Source of the DNA: a virus
Direction: 5' to 3' (one strand)
DNA length: 64,000 nucleotides
Virus record (IMG/VR): IMGVR_UViG_3300027708_000019
The position numbers were made by a program, and so were the translations under genes. This document shows, piece after piece, positions 38,214 through 48,112 of this stretch (position 1 is its first letter; the number at the start of each line of letters is the position of its first letter). The notes under the pieces were generated by a model. It was given only the letters and a program-made list of their open reading frames with translations, had not been told where the DNA came from and ran no database searches.

Positions 38214-40874
38214 TTATTTCCCAGTACCAACTGAGGACTGAGTGTATTTATGATGTTGTAATCTTGCCTTTTCGACTGAACGCACACGTGGTACCAGTCT
38301 ACGTGCTAGACGTTGAATTAACTGTGGTCTAGCATGTAAAAATTTCTCTGCTCTTTCTTTTTCCTGAACAGATGCTGTGCTTGGGTCTTTTCTTAAAAGA
38401 CGTTTCTTAACCATAAATGTGGCTAATCTTTTAGCACGCTTGTTTAATACTGGAATACTTGATGATTTCTTGAGAGCAATTTTTTCTTTTACTTCACGTT
38501 TAGATTTGCTACGTGCCCATCTTTGTCTGCGACGCATACGTTCAGTACGACCAATTGCTTCAGTCAATTCTTCTTGGAAACCTTCTTCATCAAGTTCCTC
38601 ACCAGTTTCTGAATCAATAATTGCTAGTTCGTTATCATTATATGCTTCTAAAATATCTTCTAATAATGAAAGAGAATCTATTTCGTCATAGAAATCTTCT
38701 TCTTTGATATCATCAAATCCTGGGATTACTGTATGTGGATTTTCTTCTTTAACATGTTTGAAATACTCAACTTGTTTTAGACGTTTCTTTGCGCCAGCAA
38801 GAGTTGGAGATTTGCCAAGGTTTTTATTACCATGTTCGCTCTCAACTTCGTATCCACCTTTAACTTTTTCGATATGTTCTGGTACACAGTTAGGTACTTT
38901 TTTAGCACCTTTGTTTTTCATACCAATCATTTTATATCCAGACCAACATGGATTTACTGCTTCACCAAGTTCTTCCTTTGACTGTAGATAATCTCTAACA
39001 GTTGTGATATAGTCTTGTGCTAATGTAATTTTAGACTGAACCCACTCTGGCATGTTGTCGTCATCTTTGATCATATCAATCAAATCTTTACAATTACGTA
39101 GGGTTGTTTGTAATTGTGTGCGAGCCATTTGACCTTCGTAATCGTACTCACCTGGATCGGTTTTAGATAATGCCTCATCGATCGCTTGAAGAATCTCTTC
39201 GTATTCTTCTTTGTTCAATGCTTTCTTAATACCTGCTGTAGTTTTATCAATCTGTTTACCAGTCGCTTTCATAACACCCATCCAGCGATCAGTTGATTTT
39301 TTATGTTTACCTTGTGCTGTTAAATCATCAGCAGATTTCTTTGCTGCTGTTTTATAACGATCTAACAACTCTGATGACACTTCCTCAATTTTTTTTGTTT
39401 CCTGTGAGGAATTCATTTTATCTTGTTGATGTTTATCTTTTAATTCTTTTACTTTGTCTGACCAGTATTTGTGGTTTTTGTCAACATCATATCCATGTTT
39501 CTTCAAAGCACGACTAAATTTTTCATATGACGACAGCTTCTTTGTTTCATCCAACTCAAGATCTTCTTTAACAGTTGGATTTTGTGATATTGATTCAGAA
39601 TTATGCAGACCAATATAATTATGATCATGAACCTTATAACCCTGTTTCTTATAGAAATGTATTGCGCCATCAATTGCAGAGTCTTTATCTTTGGCTTTTA
39701 CTTTTGCTTTTCTATATTGTGTTTCTTTACGTTTCGTAACAGCTGAGTGGTTTGGATTTGACACAGTAACACCAACCACATGATGTTGTTCTTCTGATGA
39801 ACCAAGAGGATTTATTTCAGTAGAAGATTCATTCTCTTTGATATCAACTTTAGATGGAAGTAATTTCTGATCATATTCAATTCCTGCTTCTCTTGCAGTT
39901 TGTAACATATTATGAATAATTGCAATGTACTCTGGGCGCATAGGTTTGCTTCTAACTTTGCGAAGAGCATTGTTAATTAACTGTTCTGCGCTTGATGTTT
40001 TCTCAACATCAGTAACACCCAATGCGTTTGCTATAATTCTAGCAACTTTAATTTTGTCCGTAGCAGTAAATTTCATTTCTGTAACAATTCCCTGGAAATT
40101 GAATGGTTTCTGAGAAATTATAACATCACGAATCCACTTGCTTACTAAATCGCCTTGTTCATTTTGAAGCAGTAAATGATTTGAGCCACGTTTCTGAATT
40201 CTGTAAAGAGTATTATCTGCTTCTACAATATCGCCTACGTTGAATAACTCACCACGAAAATATGATTCTCTTAACCAGTCTGTTGCTAACTTTACTTGTT
40301 CTTTAATAACTTCCAAACCAAAACCTGTGCGCATCTCATTCATTAGACGTTTAGCATCTACTGAGGTGATTGTGTTTGGGAGATTTTCTTTGAAGAGATC
40401 GTAGTCGCCTTTTTTGGCTGACTCACGCAATTTATTGACAGTTGTATCTTCATCGGCATTTCGTTCGCCTGTTGATACAACTTTGATGCTATTGAAATTA
40501 AATTCTTTACCGTTGTGTTTTTCTAACAACTTTTGACACTCAGCAACTTGATCGATTCCAACAACCAAAACGATACTGTTATATTTCTCGTTCAATTCAG
40601 TAGCAGCTTCTAAAAGGTTTCCTGCTGATTTGAATTTGGATTCTGGGAACATGCGATTAAGGTAATATACCTTACGATCGGCTGGTAGGGGATTCTTTTT
40701 GTCGTCTTGCAGTGAAGACGTATAGATAATTTTTGTGGCATTCTGTTGTTCAGCTACCTGTTCAACAGTTTTGATGAGAAGTTCGTGGTCTGCCGTTGGT
40801 GGCTGGAAGCTACCAAATGTGAATACTGCATTTTTAGAGGGCAACCCTCTTAAGAACTGGCTATATGCTTTCAT
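38214..40874 (-). CDS. HIGH-type nucleotidyltransferase-like domain fused to modular C-terminal region
   Basis: FTFGSFQPPTADH, KNPL; followed by many modules bounded by xE motifs. Confidence 0.7.
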   Translation of the reverse strand: MKAYSQFLRGLPSKNAVFTFGSFQPPTADHELLIKTVEQVAEQQNATKIIYTSSLQDDKKNPLPADRKVYYLNRMFPESKFKSAGNLLEAATELNEKYNSIVLVVGIDQVAECQKLLEKHNGKEFNFNSIKVVSTGERNADEDTTVNKLRESAKKGDYDLFKENLPNTITSVDAKRLMNEMRTGFGLEVIKEQVKLATDWLRESYFRGELFNVGDIVEADNTLYRIQKRGSNHLLLQNEQGDLVSKWIRDVIISQKPFNFQGIVTEMKFTATDKIKVARIIANALGVTDVEKTSSAEQLINNALRKVRSKPMRPEYIAIIHNMLQTAREAGIEYDQKLLPSKVDIKENESSTEINPLGSSEEQHHVVGVTVSNPNHSAVTKRKETQYRKAKVKAKDKDSAIDGAIHFYKKQGYKVHDHNYIGLHNSESISQNPTVKEDLELDETKKLSSYEKFSRALKKHGYDVDKNHKYWSDKVKELKDKHQQDKMNSSQETKKIEEVSSELLDRYKTAAKKSADDLTAQGKHKKSTDRWMGVMKATGKQIDKTTAGIKKALNKEEYEEILQAIDEALSKTDPGEYDYEGQMARTQLQTTLRNCKDLIDMIKDDDNMPEWVQSKITLAQDYITTVRDYLQSKEELGEAVNPCWSGYKMIGMKNKGAKKVPNCVPEHIEKVKGGYEVESEHGNKNLGKSPTLAGAKKRLKQVEYFKHVKEENPHTVIPGFDDIKEEDFYDEIDSLSLLEDILEAYNDNELAIIDSETGEELDEEGFQEELTEAIGRTERMRRRQRWARSKSKREVKEKIALKKSSSIPVLNKRAKRLATFMVKKRLLRKDPSTASVQEKERAEKFLHARPQLIQRLARRLVPRVRSVEKARLQHHKYTQSSVGTGK

Positions 40875-40905
40875 TTAATCCATCTATATGTTGATATTAT
40901 TCATT

Positions 40906-40915
40906 TATTTAGTCA
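40906..40915 (-). promoter_or_regulatory. T4-like late promoter (representative)
   Basis: TGACTAAATA here and at 4321 and 8653; (C/A)TAAATA also at 5804, 34477, 42775, 50253, 51655, 62749, 63891. Confidence 0.6.
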
Positions 40916-40945
40916 TCTGGAGAGTTACCCCCTAGAGATAACATT

Positions 40946-41575
40946 CTATTGCATTAATAAAAAGAAATTACCAGGATTTGCTGATACTGCCGCTTCTTTA
41001 ATTGAAAAAGCAAAACTTGTAAAAGTGGCTGCTGTAGATGAGGATGTAGCAGTTCTTACGGTTGTTGCGCCAGCACTTGTTTGCAATTCATCTACTAATA
41101 ATATGCCCCTAATAGATGATGTTCCTGAAGCATTTACCCTTGTGTTTGTAGATGCTGGAGCAGTCCATGTTTGCGCTACAGTAACTTGTGCATAAAAACT
41201 AATAATATAATCATTATTTGTAGTTGTTGTTAATGAATTGGTTGCAATTGTTGAATTTCCAGACGTAGCTTGTTTAAATGTTCCAGTAACACCAAGTCCT
41301 GATTGACCACGATAAGCAACCATTACTACCCTAGTATTGGGTGAAGCAGATGTCATAACAACAGAAGATTCACTTGCACTAGCAGTTTTATAATAAACAA
41401 AACATATTGGTGCTGTAGCGTTATTGCTTAATAATGTCCATCCTGATGGAGTTGATACAGTTGTACCTGTAATGGCAATTATTAATAAATCACCAGCCGC
41501 ATAACCAGTAGGCACAGTAACAGTTGGGTTTGTTCCTGAAGCTACTGTACCAGCCGCTACAAATGAAATAGCCAT
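40946..41575 (-). CDS. tail-fibre-associated beta-rich protein
   Basis: T/S/A-rich; GDLLII..TPSGWT motif. Confidence 0.55.
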   Translation of the reverse strand: MAISFVAAGTVASGTNPTVTVPTGYAAGDLLIIAITGTTVSTPSGWTLLSNNATAPICFVYYKTASASESSVVMTSASPNTRVVMVAYRGQSGLGVTGTFKQATSGNSTIATNSLTTTTNNDYIISFYAQVTVAQTWTAPASTNTRVNASGTSSIRGILLVDELQTSAGATTVRTATSSSTAATFTSFAFSIKEAAVSANPGNFFLLMQ

Positions 41576-41576
41576 C

Positions 41577-42767
41577 TTATGCTACCGCCACGCAACGCCA
41601 AACGCTAGAAGCAGCGTTCCATACAAAACCTACATCAAGACGATTTGTAGTAACAGTGGTCGTAGGAAGGGCTACAGTAGAGGCTTCAAATTTTGCACCC
41701 CAAAGAATTGTCCTTGCAGCCGTACCTACAATGTAAATCCATAACTTTTGACCATCTGTAGGTGTACCAGACAAGTTAGTAGTAAATGATGTAATGTTAA
41801 CCGCTTGCGCCGTTAAACCATACATATCCACGTTATCAGTGTTTATGGTAGGTGTTGCACTAGAAGTAGTGGTTGATACTCTAGGTGTTACACGTTTGTT
41901 AGTAAGTGTTTCAGTACCATTAATAGTGGCTAATGTTCCACTTGTTGGCAAGGTTATAGCGGTTGTTCCAGAAACAGTTAGTGTTGTTCCAAAAGCACCA
42001 GAAATTGTAAGCGTGCTTGATGCGTTATTTGCAACACCTGTACCGCCTTGTGCAGGAGTAACTGCGGCATTGGTTGTGAGAATTGTTGTTGTTGCATCTG
42101 GTAAGGTGTATGTTTTTTCTGCTGTAGTTGCACCACTAAACTTAGTAAAACCATTACCAGTACCACCATAAGTAGACGCAATAATTTGAGTCAGTGCAGC
42201 AGAGCCATCAAAACTATTACCGTAGATAGCACGAGCAGTAGTAAGAGTTGCAGCAGAACCATCGATACTAGTAATACCAGTTAATGACTGTGAAGCAGAA
42301 GATCTATTGATAGCAATCGAAGTTGTACCAAGATAGAATGTTTGATTGTTTAACGCAACAGTACCAGTTGTGCTTGGTAGAGTAATTGTAGTTGAATCAG
42401 TACCAGCAAGAGTGATTGTATTATTAACAGTGAATGTTTTACCATCAGCAACAGCAAGAGTTGAACCAGTTGTTGGAGCAGTAATTGTTACTTTGTTAAT
42501 AGATGTAGCAGAAGCAACCCCAAGAGTAGGTGTTGTTAATATTGGGCTAGTAAGAGTTTTGTTAGTTAATGTATCAGTCGTTGCTCGACCAACTAGCGTA
42601 TCTGTTGCAGCTGGTAGAGTTAGAGTAGTAGTCCCTGCAACAGCAGTGGCTAGGACAGTAGTTGTCCCTGATGTTGAGCCATTAAAAATTGCAGATGTTC
42701 CCAACGATAAAGTTGTATCTATAGTTGCTGATCCGTATATTCTTGTGCCAGATAGTAGTTTAGCCAT
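41577..42767 (-). CDS. tail fibre-like protein
   Basis: TLTLPAATDTLV..TLTNKT repeats; WRCVAVA end. Confidence 0.65.
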   Translation of the reverse strand: MAKLLSGTRIYGSATIDTTLSLGTSAIFNGSTSGTTTVLATAVAGTTTLTLPAATDTLVGRATTDTLTNKTLTSPILTTPTLGVASATSINKVTITAPTTGSTLAVADGKTFTVNNTITLAGTDSTTITLPSTTGTVALNNQTFYLGTTSIAINRSSASQSLTGITSIDGSAATLTTARAIYGNSFDGSAALTQIIASTYGGTGNGFTKFSGATTAEKTYTLPDATTTILTTNAAVTPAQGGTGVANNASSTLTISGAFGTTLTVSGTTAITLPTSGTLATINGTETLTNKRVTPRVSTTTSSATPTINTDNVDMYGLTAQAVNITSFTTNLSGTPTDGQKLWIYIVGTAARTILWGAKFEASTVALPTTTVTTNRLDVGFVWNAASSVWRCVAVA

Positions 42768-42777
42768 AGTTTTCTAT

Positions 42778-44127
42778 TTAGGTAGGTTTAACATATTCAT
42801 CAAAATATCCAGTAACTTGGATTTTTCCAGTTGATGTTTCTTTTTTGACTAAACCTCCACCAGCCCCTTGTAATGTATACTCATCAAACTCACTAGAGTA
42901 TAAAAAATTTGGTGTAAGACTAATTGTAGCCTGAGTAACTTCGTCTAACTCTCCAGATATTGATAATACACCTGTTGATGTAATTCTTGATGCTATTACT
43001 ACACTAGGAGGTGCTGTAAACGTCCAACCTAAATTGTTTGCCCCATTGGTTGAGTGTGTGCCAGCATACCAGGCAGCACCACCTGTGGCGTTTGAATCTC
43101 GTATACTTAAATAATCCACACTCACAGTACCTGATGCCATGGATAGATTCCATCTTGTACCATTAGTAACACTCTTCAAAATCCATAGGCTTCCAGAACT
43201 TCCCGAAACTGTAAAATTGGACACGGTTTGAGTGGAACCTGCCTCAAAAGATATCGTTTTAACACCTTGAATATAATTTGTAGTGATGGTATTAAAAGTG
43301 TTGTTGCCAGTAATCGCTGAGACCTTACCCGTAATTGTTAAATTATAATAGGTGTATCCCATACCACAGAAAAAAGCGCCATATCCTGAGGTCCTACCGC
43401 CCATTTGTATAGTTGATGTTCCGGGATTTATAGTAATGGTGCCATCAGTTATTGGACTGCCAAAATTAATGTTCCAACCAAATGCATTGCCATCATCCCA
43501 AAGTTGCCAAGTTCCCGAACCCATGTTTATGGTGATGGAATTACCTGCGCCAGGATCAAAGATGTTGAAATCCATTGTTTGTATATTAAAATTATTTGCA
43601 TTAAATGTGCTATTAGCAGCTACATAGAATGTGAAACTAGCACCTGAATTGCTGTCTGGTTGAATACACAGGTTATCTCCCAGTGTGGTAGTTGTAGCAG
43701 TTGTACCATCTCCAACTGTTAAACCACTTATTGTTTTTCCTACAGACGTAAGTGTGCCTGTGCCTATCATGTTAACACCAAATCCTGACCCGCCAGATGA
43801 CCCTCCATAAGGAGTTAGAAAATATGTTCCACCACTGGACAATGTAACATTGCCATAAACATTGAAACCCAGTCCGTCAAAAAAGGCAGGTATTGAATTC
43901 AATGTTCCAGTGAAACCTGTGCAGTCTAAAGAAGCACATTCCACTGCACTGCCAGAAATAGTAAAACCAATTATAATTAATCCTGACCCTGAATTTGAAT
44001 CCAAAAAGACTGCATCTGCGGCAGTTGGTATACTGGCACCACCTGACCCACCAGAAGAAGTGCTCCAATGACTTGAGCTACTTCCATCCCATGTACCTGC
44101 GCCACCTACCCAATATCTATTAGCCAT
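42778..44127 (-). CDS. fibre/adhesin-like protein
   Basis: RYWVGG.GTW N-terminus; G/S/T-rich; ELDEV/EFDE C-terminal module. Confidence 0.6.
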   Translation of the reverse strand: MANRYWVGGAGTWDGSSSSHWSTSSGGSGGASIPTAADAVFLDSNSGSGLIIIGFTISGSAVECASLDCTGFTGTLNSIPAFFDGLGFNVYGNVTLSSGGTYFLTPYGGSSGGSGFGVNMIGTGTLTSVGKTISGLTVGDGTTATTTTLGDNLCIQPDSNSGASFTFYVAANSTFNANNFNIQTMDFNIFDPGAGNSITINMGSGTWQLWDDGNAFGWNINFGSPITDGTITINPGTSTIQMGGRTSGYGAFFCGMGYTYYNLTITGKVSAITGNNTFNTITTNYIQGVKTISFEAGSTQTVSNFTVSGSSGSLWILKSVTNGTRWNLSMASGTVSVDYLSIRDSNATGGAAWYAGTHSTNGANNLGWTFTAPPSVVIASRITSTGVLSISGELDEVTQATISLTPNFLYSSEFDEYTLQGAGGGLVKKETSTGKIQVTGYFDEYVKPT

Positions 44128-44135
44128 TTAATTTA

Positions 44136-46394
44136 TTACCCAAAAATTGTATCTAAACTATTTGTAGTAGCATTATATACTTGATATACTGCGCTTACGT
44201 TACTTGCGTTTACGAAACCAACTTTACTTCCTGAACCTACATAAATGTTACCAACAACACCCAATCCACCACCAAGTTTTAATGAACCAGTAGTGCTAGA
44301 TGTAGAAGCTGTTGTATCAGAAAGAGTTGGAGCACCTGTAAAAGTGCCAGACAATGCACCGCTATTAATAGTTGGAGATGTTAATGTTAATCCAGCAAAT
44401 GTAGTTACTGTTGCGCCTAAAGAAACTGCTGTTGAACCAATAGTAACAGAACTGTTGGTCAACATGGTATTTGTTATAGAACTGGCACCCAACAAACCAG
44501 TAATATCTGCTTGAGCAACTGCCACAGTTCCAGTTACTAATCCCTTAGTGTTGGTAGTAATTTTCTTAAATGTGCCAGTACCAGAGTCAGTGATAGTTGC
44601 TAGTGTTAATGCGATAGTTCCAGTGTTTAACGCAGTTGCTGGAGCAGTAGCATCACCAGTAACAGCAAGTGTTTGCGTATATACAAGTTGTTTATCATTC
44701 GTTACATTACCTAAACCAACATCTGTGGATGTTAAAGTAACTACACCAGTTTTACCAGCGACAGAATCAACTGCTCCGCTGGTAATATAAACATAAACAG
44801 AACCTGACCATCTATATGCTTTACTTGTATCTATGGCAATATAGATCTTTCCTGTTTCGCCAGTCGCAGGGAATGCTGCAAGGTTTGCATATTCAAGAAC
44901 ATCATCAACATATGATGGCAAGTACGTAGAAGAAATTTTAGAAGTAGCATCAAGTGGCGCAACACCATTGGCAGCACCAACTAATGATGACGCAACACGA
45001 GCAGTAGAGTCAACTGCGTTAATCGTAATATTAGCAGATCCATCAAATGAAACACCATTAATGGTACGAGCAGTTTGTAATATAGTTGCTGATCCAGCAT
45101 TGCCAGTAACAGTTGTTTGAGCGGTAGAACTAATTACACCGCTGGCAATAGTGATTGTTGTACCATCAACTTTAACACCGCCAAGAACTGTTGTTGATGA
45201 GGTTGGTAGTGAGTAAGCATTAGGTATGTTTGTTAGATCATTATAACTACCAGAGAACAGAGTTGGTTTACCAGTTAGACTAGCGTATGCTCCATCAAAC
45301 AATGTTGGCTTGTTGGTTAAGTCATTATAACTTCCACTGAACAATGCTGGTTTGTTTAGTATCTGTGCTAGTCCAGAACTGGCATTCCAATCACTATTAA
45401 CTTGTGCGGCAGGTATTGTTGGCTTGTTAGTTAAATCAGTATAACTTCCACTGAATGGTGCGGCTACACTGATAACACCTGCGTTGATAGTTATATTGCT
45501 ACCAATCTTTACTCCACCTAATATTGTGTCAGTTGCTGTTGGTAAAGTATAAGCACTGGGTATTGTTGGCTTGTCAGTTAAGTCAGTATAACTACCTGAG
45601 AACAATGTAGGTTTGCCAGTTAGACTAGCGTATGCTCCATCAAACAATGTTGGTTTACCAGTTAGACTAGCGTATGCTCCATCAAACAATGTTGGTTTAC
45701 CAGTTAGACTAGCGTATGCTCCATCAAACAATGTTGGTTTGTTTTTAATAAAACTTTTTAAAGTGTTGTCAGTAACATTCCAATCAGATTGTATCTGAGC
45801 AACACCACCTGAACCACCACTTACTGCAGAGAATTCAAACTTTTTACTTGTACCATTGTACCCAAGATAATATCCATCTTGAATAGTAGAACGATCGATG
45901 TCGTCAAGATATCTTAGGTTTACTTCACCAGATCCTGGACCTGTGGCAGCAATGCGTCCGATTGCTTGCTCTAAAAATTTAAGTTTCTTTTGAATGCCAG
46001 TAATGTTGGGATCTACTGGTTGTGGTGCTGGCTGTTGAAAAGAATCTTTATTGACTACTTCTTTTTCAACAATTACTTCTTTTTCAACAATTACTTCTTT
46101 TTCAACAATTACTTTTTTAACAGGTTGTTTCTTTTCAACAAACAACTCCATCATTTCACCAATATCATTATTGGCTTTGAGACTTTCTTTAACAGCTTTT
46201 AATGCTTTTCCTGCAGGTGTTTTTTCTTGTTCTTCTTTGAGTTTACGTTTCTCTTCAGCAGCAGCTTTGAATAGCGTAGAAAGATTTACTGGCTGTTCTG
46301 GCTCTGACTTTTGTTGTAGCAAAAGTTCTTCCTGCTCTTTGAGTTTACGTTTCTCTTCAGCAGCAGCTTTAAATAGATCACCAAGATCAGTCAT
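44136..46394 (-). CDS. long fibre protein with internal repeats
   Basis: KPTLF(D/S)G(A/S)YxxLT repeats, LGGVK motifs, charged N-terminus. Confidence 0.7.
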   Translation of the reverse strand: MTDLGDLFKAAAEEKRKLKEQEELLLQQKSEPEQPVNLSTLFKAAAEEKRKLKEEQEKTPAGKALKAVKESLKANNDIGEMMELFVEKKQPVKKVIVEKEVIVEKEVIVEKEVVNKDSFQQPAPQPVDPNITGIQKKLKFLEQAIGRIAATGPGSGEVNLRYLDDIDRSTIQDGYYLGYNGTSKKFEFSAVSGGSGGVAQIQSDWNVTDNTLKSFIKNKPTLFDGAYASLTGKPTLFDGAYASLTGKPTLFDGAYASLTGKPTLFSGSYTDLTDKPTIPSAYTLPTATDTILGGVKIGSNITINAGVISVAAPFSGSYTDLTNKPTIPAAQVNSDWNASSGLAQILNKPALFSGSYNDLTNKPTLFDGAYASLTGKPTLFSGSYNDLTNIPNAYSLPTSSTTVLGGVKVDGTTITIASGVISSTAQTTVTGNAGSATILQTARTINGVSFDGSANITINAVDSTARVASSLVGAANGVAPLDATSKISSTYLPSYVDDVLEYANLAAFPATGETGKIYIAIDTSKAYRWSGSVYVYITSGAVDSVAGKTGVVTLTSTDVGLGNVTNDKQLVYTQTLAVTGDATAPATALNTGTIALTLATITDSGTGTFKKITTNTKGLVTGTVAVAQADITGLLGASSITNTMLTNSSVTIGSTAVSLGATVTTFAGLTLTSPTINSGALSGTFTGAPTLSDTTASTSSTTGSLKLGGGLGVVGNIYVGSGSKVGFVNASNVSAVYQVYNATTNSLDTIFG
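45598..45739. repeat. 42-bp coding tandem repeat (about 3.4 copies; further copy near 45262-45307)
   Basis: CCAGTTAGACTAGCGTATGCTCCATCAAACAATGTTGGTTTA unit = KPTLFDGAYASLTG. Confidence 0.9.
46066..46113. repeat. 18-bp coding tandem repeat
   Basis: TACTTCTTTTTCAACAAT unit = IVEKEV. Confidence 0.85.
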
Positions 46395-46398
46395 ATCA

Positions 46399-47505
46399 TT
46401 ATACTGCTGTAAAGGTAGTCGTCAATGGCACCAAGGTAATTGCAGTTGAGATCTTGTTGGTTGTTCCATATTGGAAAATTGGTCCAGAATATAATACCAC
46501 ATTACCAGCAACCCCATTGATAGCACGATTAGTTGCCTGCGCAGCTGGTACGTTAAATGTACACACACCAAACTGCATGGTTGCTGAGCCACTCATTGAG
46601 ACGCCATAGGTATTGGCACCTGTGCCAGTGTTAGTAATAATACATACACCCATACCCCACTGTACCGTTCCACTTAGAGTAACCACAGCACCTGTGTTGG
46701 CTTCTACTCCACATCTTAGCATATTGCCTGTAGAATCATTTGCCATATTAAGCACTTGTCCTATGCCATTGGTTTCCAGATTGCTTATGCTACAGAATCC
46801 ACGCTGAATGTCTATTAGATATACGGAACCACTGGCTCTAGCCATGGTACAATCATACATTTCCACTCTGCTGCCAGTGCCAGTATTATCCGCATAAACA
46901 CAACTCTTGGTAGCATTGCTTTGATAGCAGTACACATCGTCTAGGTAAAGTTTTGATGGATTGGCGCCAGTCACTTGAATAGCATGATTTGTACTGTTGG
47001 GGTTGACAGCAACATTAAACAAACCAAATCTATTGACGTTTATGGCGTTTGCGCTGGAGTCTGCTGGGGTAATAGTAACATACCCATTAATCCAGATTGG
47101 TACGTGTCCAGCATCAGGAGTAGCAGCACCGATAAAAATATTTCCACGAGTCAGTGCCACGTTTTCTGTAGTTGAACTCAGTAGTTGAATAAACTGTGGG
47201 TTACTAACAACAGCACCACTGATACTGATTGTTAAAGTGTTAGCAGCAATTCTTGCTTCAATATATGCTAAAGCAGCAGTAATAGTTTTAAATGGTTTGG
47301 CTACACTTCCATCTGATGTGTAAGTATCAGTTCTACTTGGATCAACAAGCCAATAGTTATTTGGTGGAACAACTGCGCCAAGTACATAGTTCTTTAATGC
47401 TAATGCTGTTAATTTTTTATTAACACTGCTTTCTACTACTGGAAAAGTTGTTGCATCAGTGGCTGCTGCCAACGATGTCATTGCTGATATTTTTATTTGT
47501 GTCAT
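46399..47505 (-). CDS. beta-helix-like fibre/tailspike candidate
   Basis: N-terminal KISAM module; DGSVAKPFKTI motif typical before pectin-lyase-like folds. Confidence 0.55.
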   Translation of the reverse strand: MTQIKISAMTSLAAATDATTFPVVESSVNKKLTALALKNYVLGAVVPPNNYWLVDPSRTDTYTSDGSVAKPFKTITAALAYIEARIAANTLTISISGAVVSNPQFIQLLSSTTENVALTRGNIFIGAATPDAGHVPIWINGYVTITPADSSANAINVNRFGLFNVAVNPNSTNHAIQVTGANPSKLYLDDVYCYQSNATKSCVYADNTGTGSRVEMYDCTMARASGSVYLIDIQRGFCSISNLETNGIGQVLNMANDSTGNMLRCGVEANTGAVVTLSGTVQWGMGVCIITNTGTGANTYGVSMSGSATMQFGVCTFNVPAAQATNRAINGVAGNVVLYSGPIFQYGTTNKISTAITLVPLTTTFTAV

Positions 47506-47506
47506 T

Positions 47507-48112
47507 TTAGTGTCCCATTCCTTTGCGGACATCATTATACATCTCCGCTTTGTGTGCGTCGCTCATTTTGCTAGGTGCGCCAGCATGGAATTCTTTCTGA
47601 TTGCCAGCTGCAGCATGAGCACGCATTTTACTTGCGGACATGCCACTAGTACCCTCTGCGTCTGGATCACGAGCACCAGAAGAATGAACAGTTATAGATT
47701 TGAAATTATAGTGGCCATGAGCAGAATCTTTACCATTATATTTGTGAAGAAGATTATGCATTTCTTCTTTACGATCAGAACCAGCAACTACATGTAGATG
47801 TTGAGCACCAGCAGCATGAGCAGCTGCTGCGTGATGAAGAATTGTTGGTTTATCTTTACTTGCAGCAGAAACATTTGTTCCAGGAAAGGCACGACCAGCG
47901 TGTTTAACTTTCTGCTCACCAGTCAATGGATTCTTCTTAGCGTCTTGGCTATGAGAAACAACAACACCATGAGTGGCTTTATGTTGTTTCGCAACATCGT
48001 GAACCTTGTTAACAACTGCTTCATGACCAGAAGTAATTGGATTCATACGACCAAATGCCAACACGTGGTGTTGTTCACCAGCTTCTTGTAAGTATTGTTT
48101 TAATGTTTTCAT
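47507..48112 (-). CDS. HIGH-family nucleotidyltransferase (cytidyltransferase-like)
   Basis: FGRMNPITSGH, KNPL, GSDR, MSASKMR; start MKTLKQYLQE. Confidence 0.8.
   Translation of the reverse strand: MKTLKQYLQEAGEQHHVLAFGRMNPITSGHEAVVNKVHDVAKQHKATHGVVVSHSQDAKKNPLTGEQKVKHAGRAFPGTNVSAASKDKPTILHHAAAAHAAGAQHLHVVAGSDRKEEMHNLLHKYNGKDSAHGHYNFKSITVHSSGARDPDAEGTSGMSASKMRAHAAAGNQKEFHAGAPSKMSDAHKAEMYNDVRKGMGH

Noticed and set aside
45240-45740. CRISPR-like repeats
   Set aside because: Units are contiguous, in-frame multiples of 3 with no unique spacers; coding repeats.
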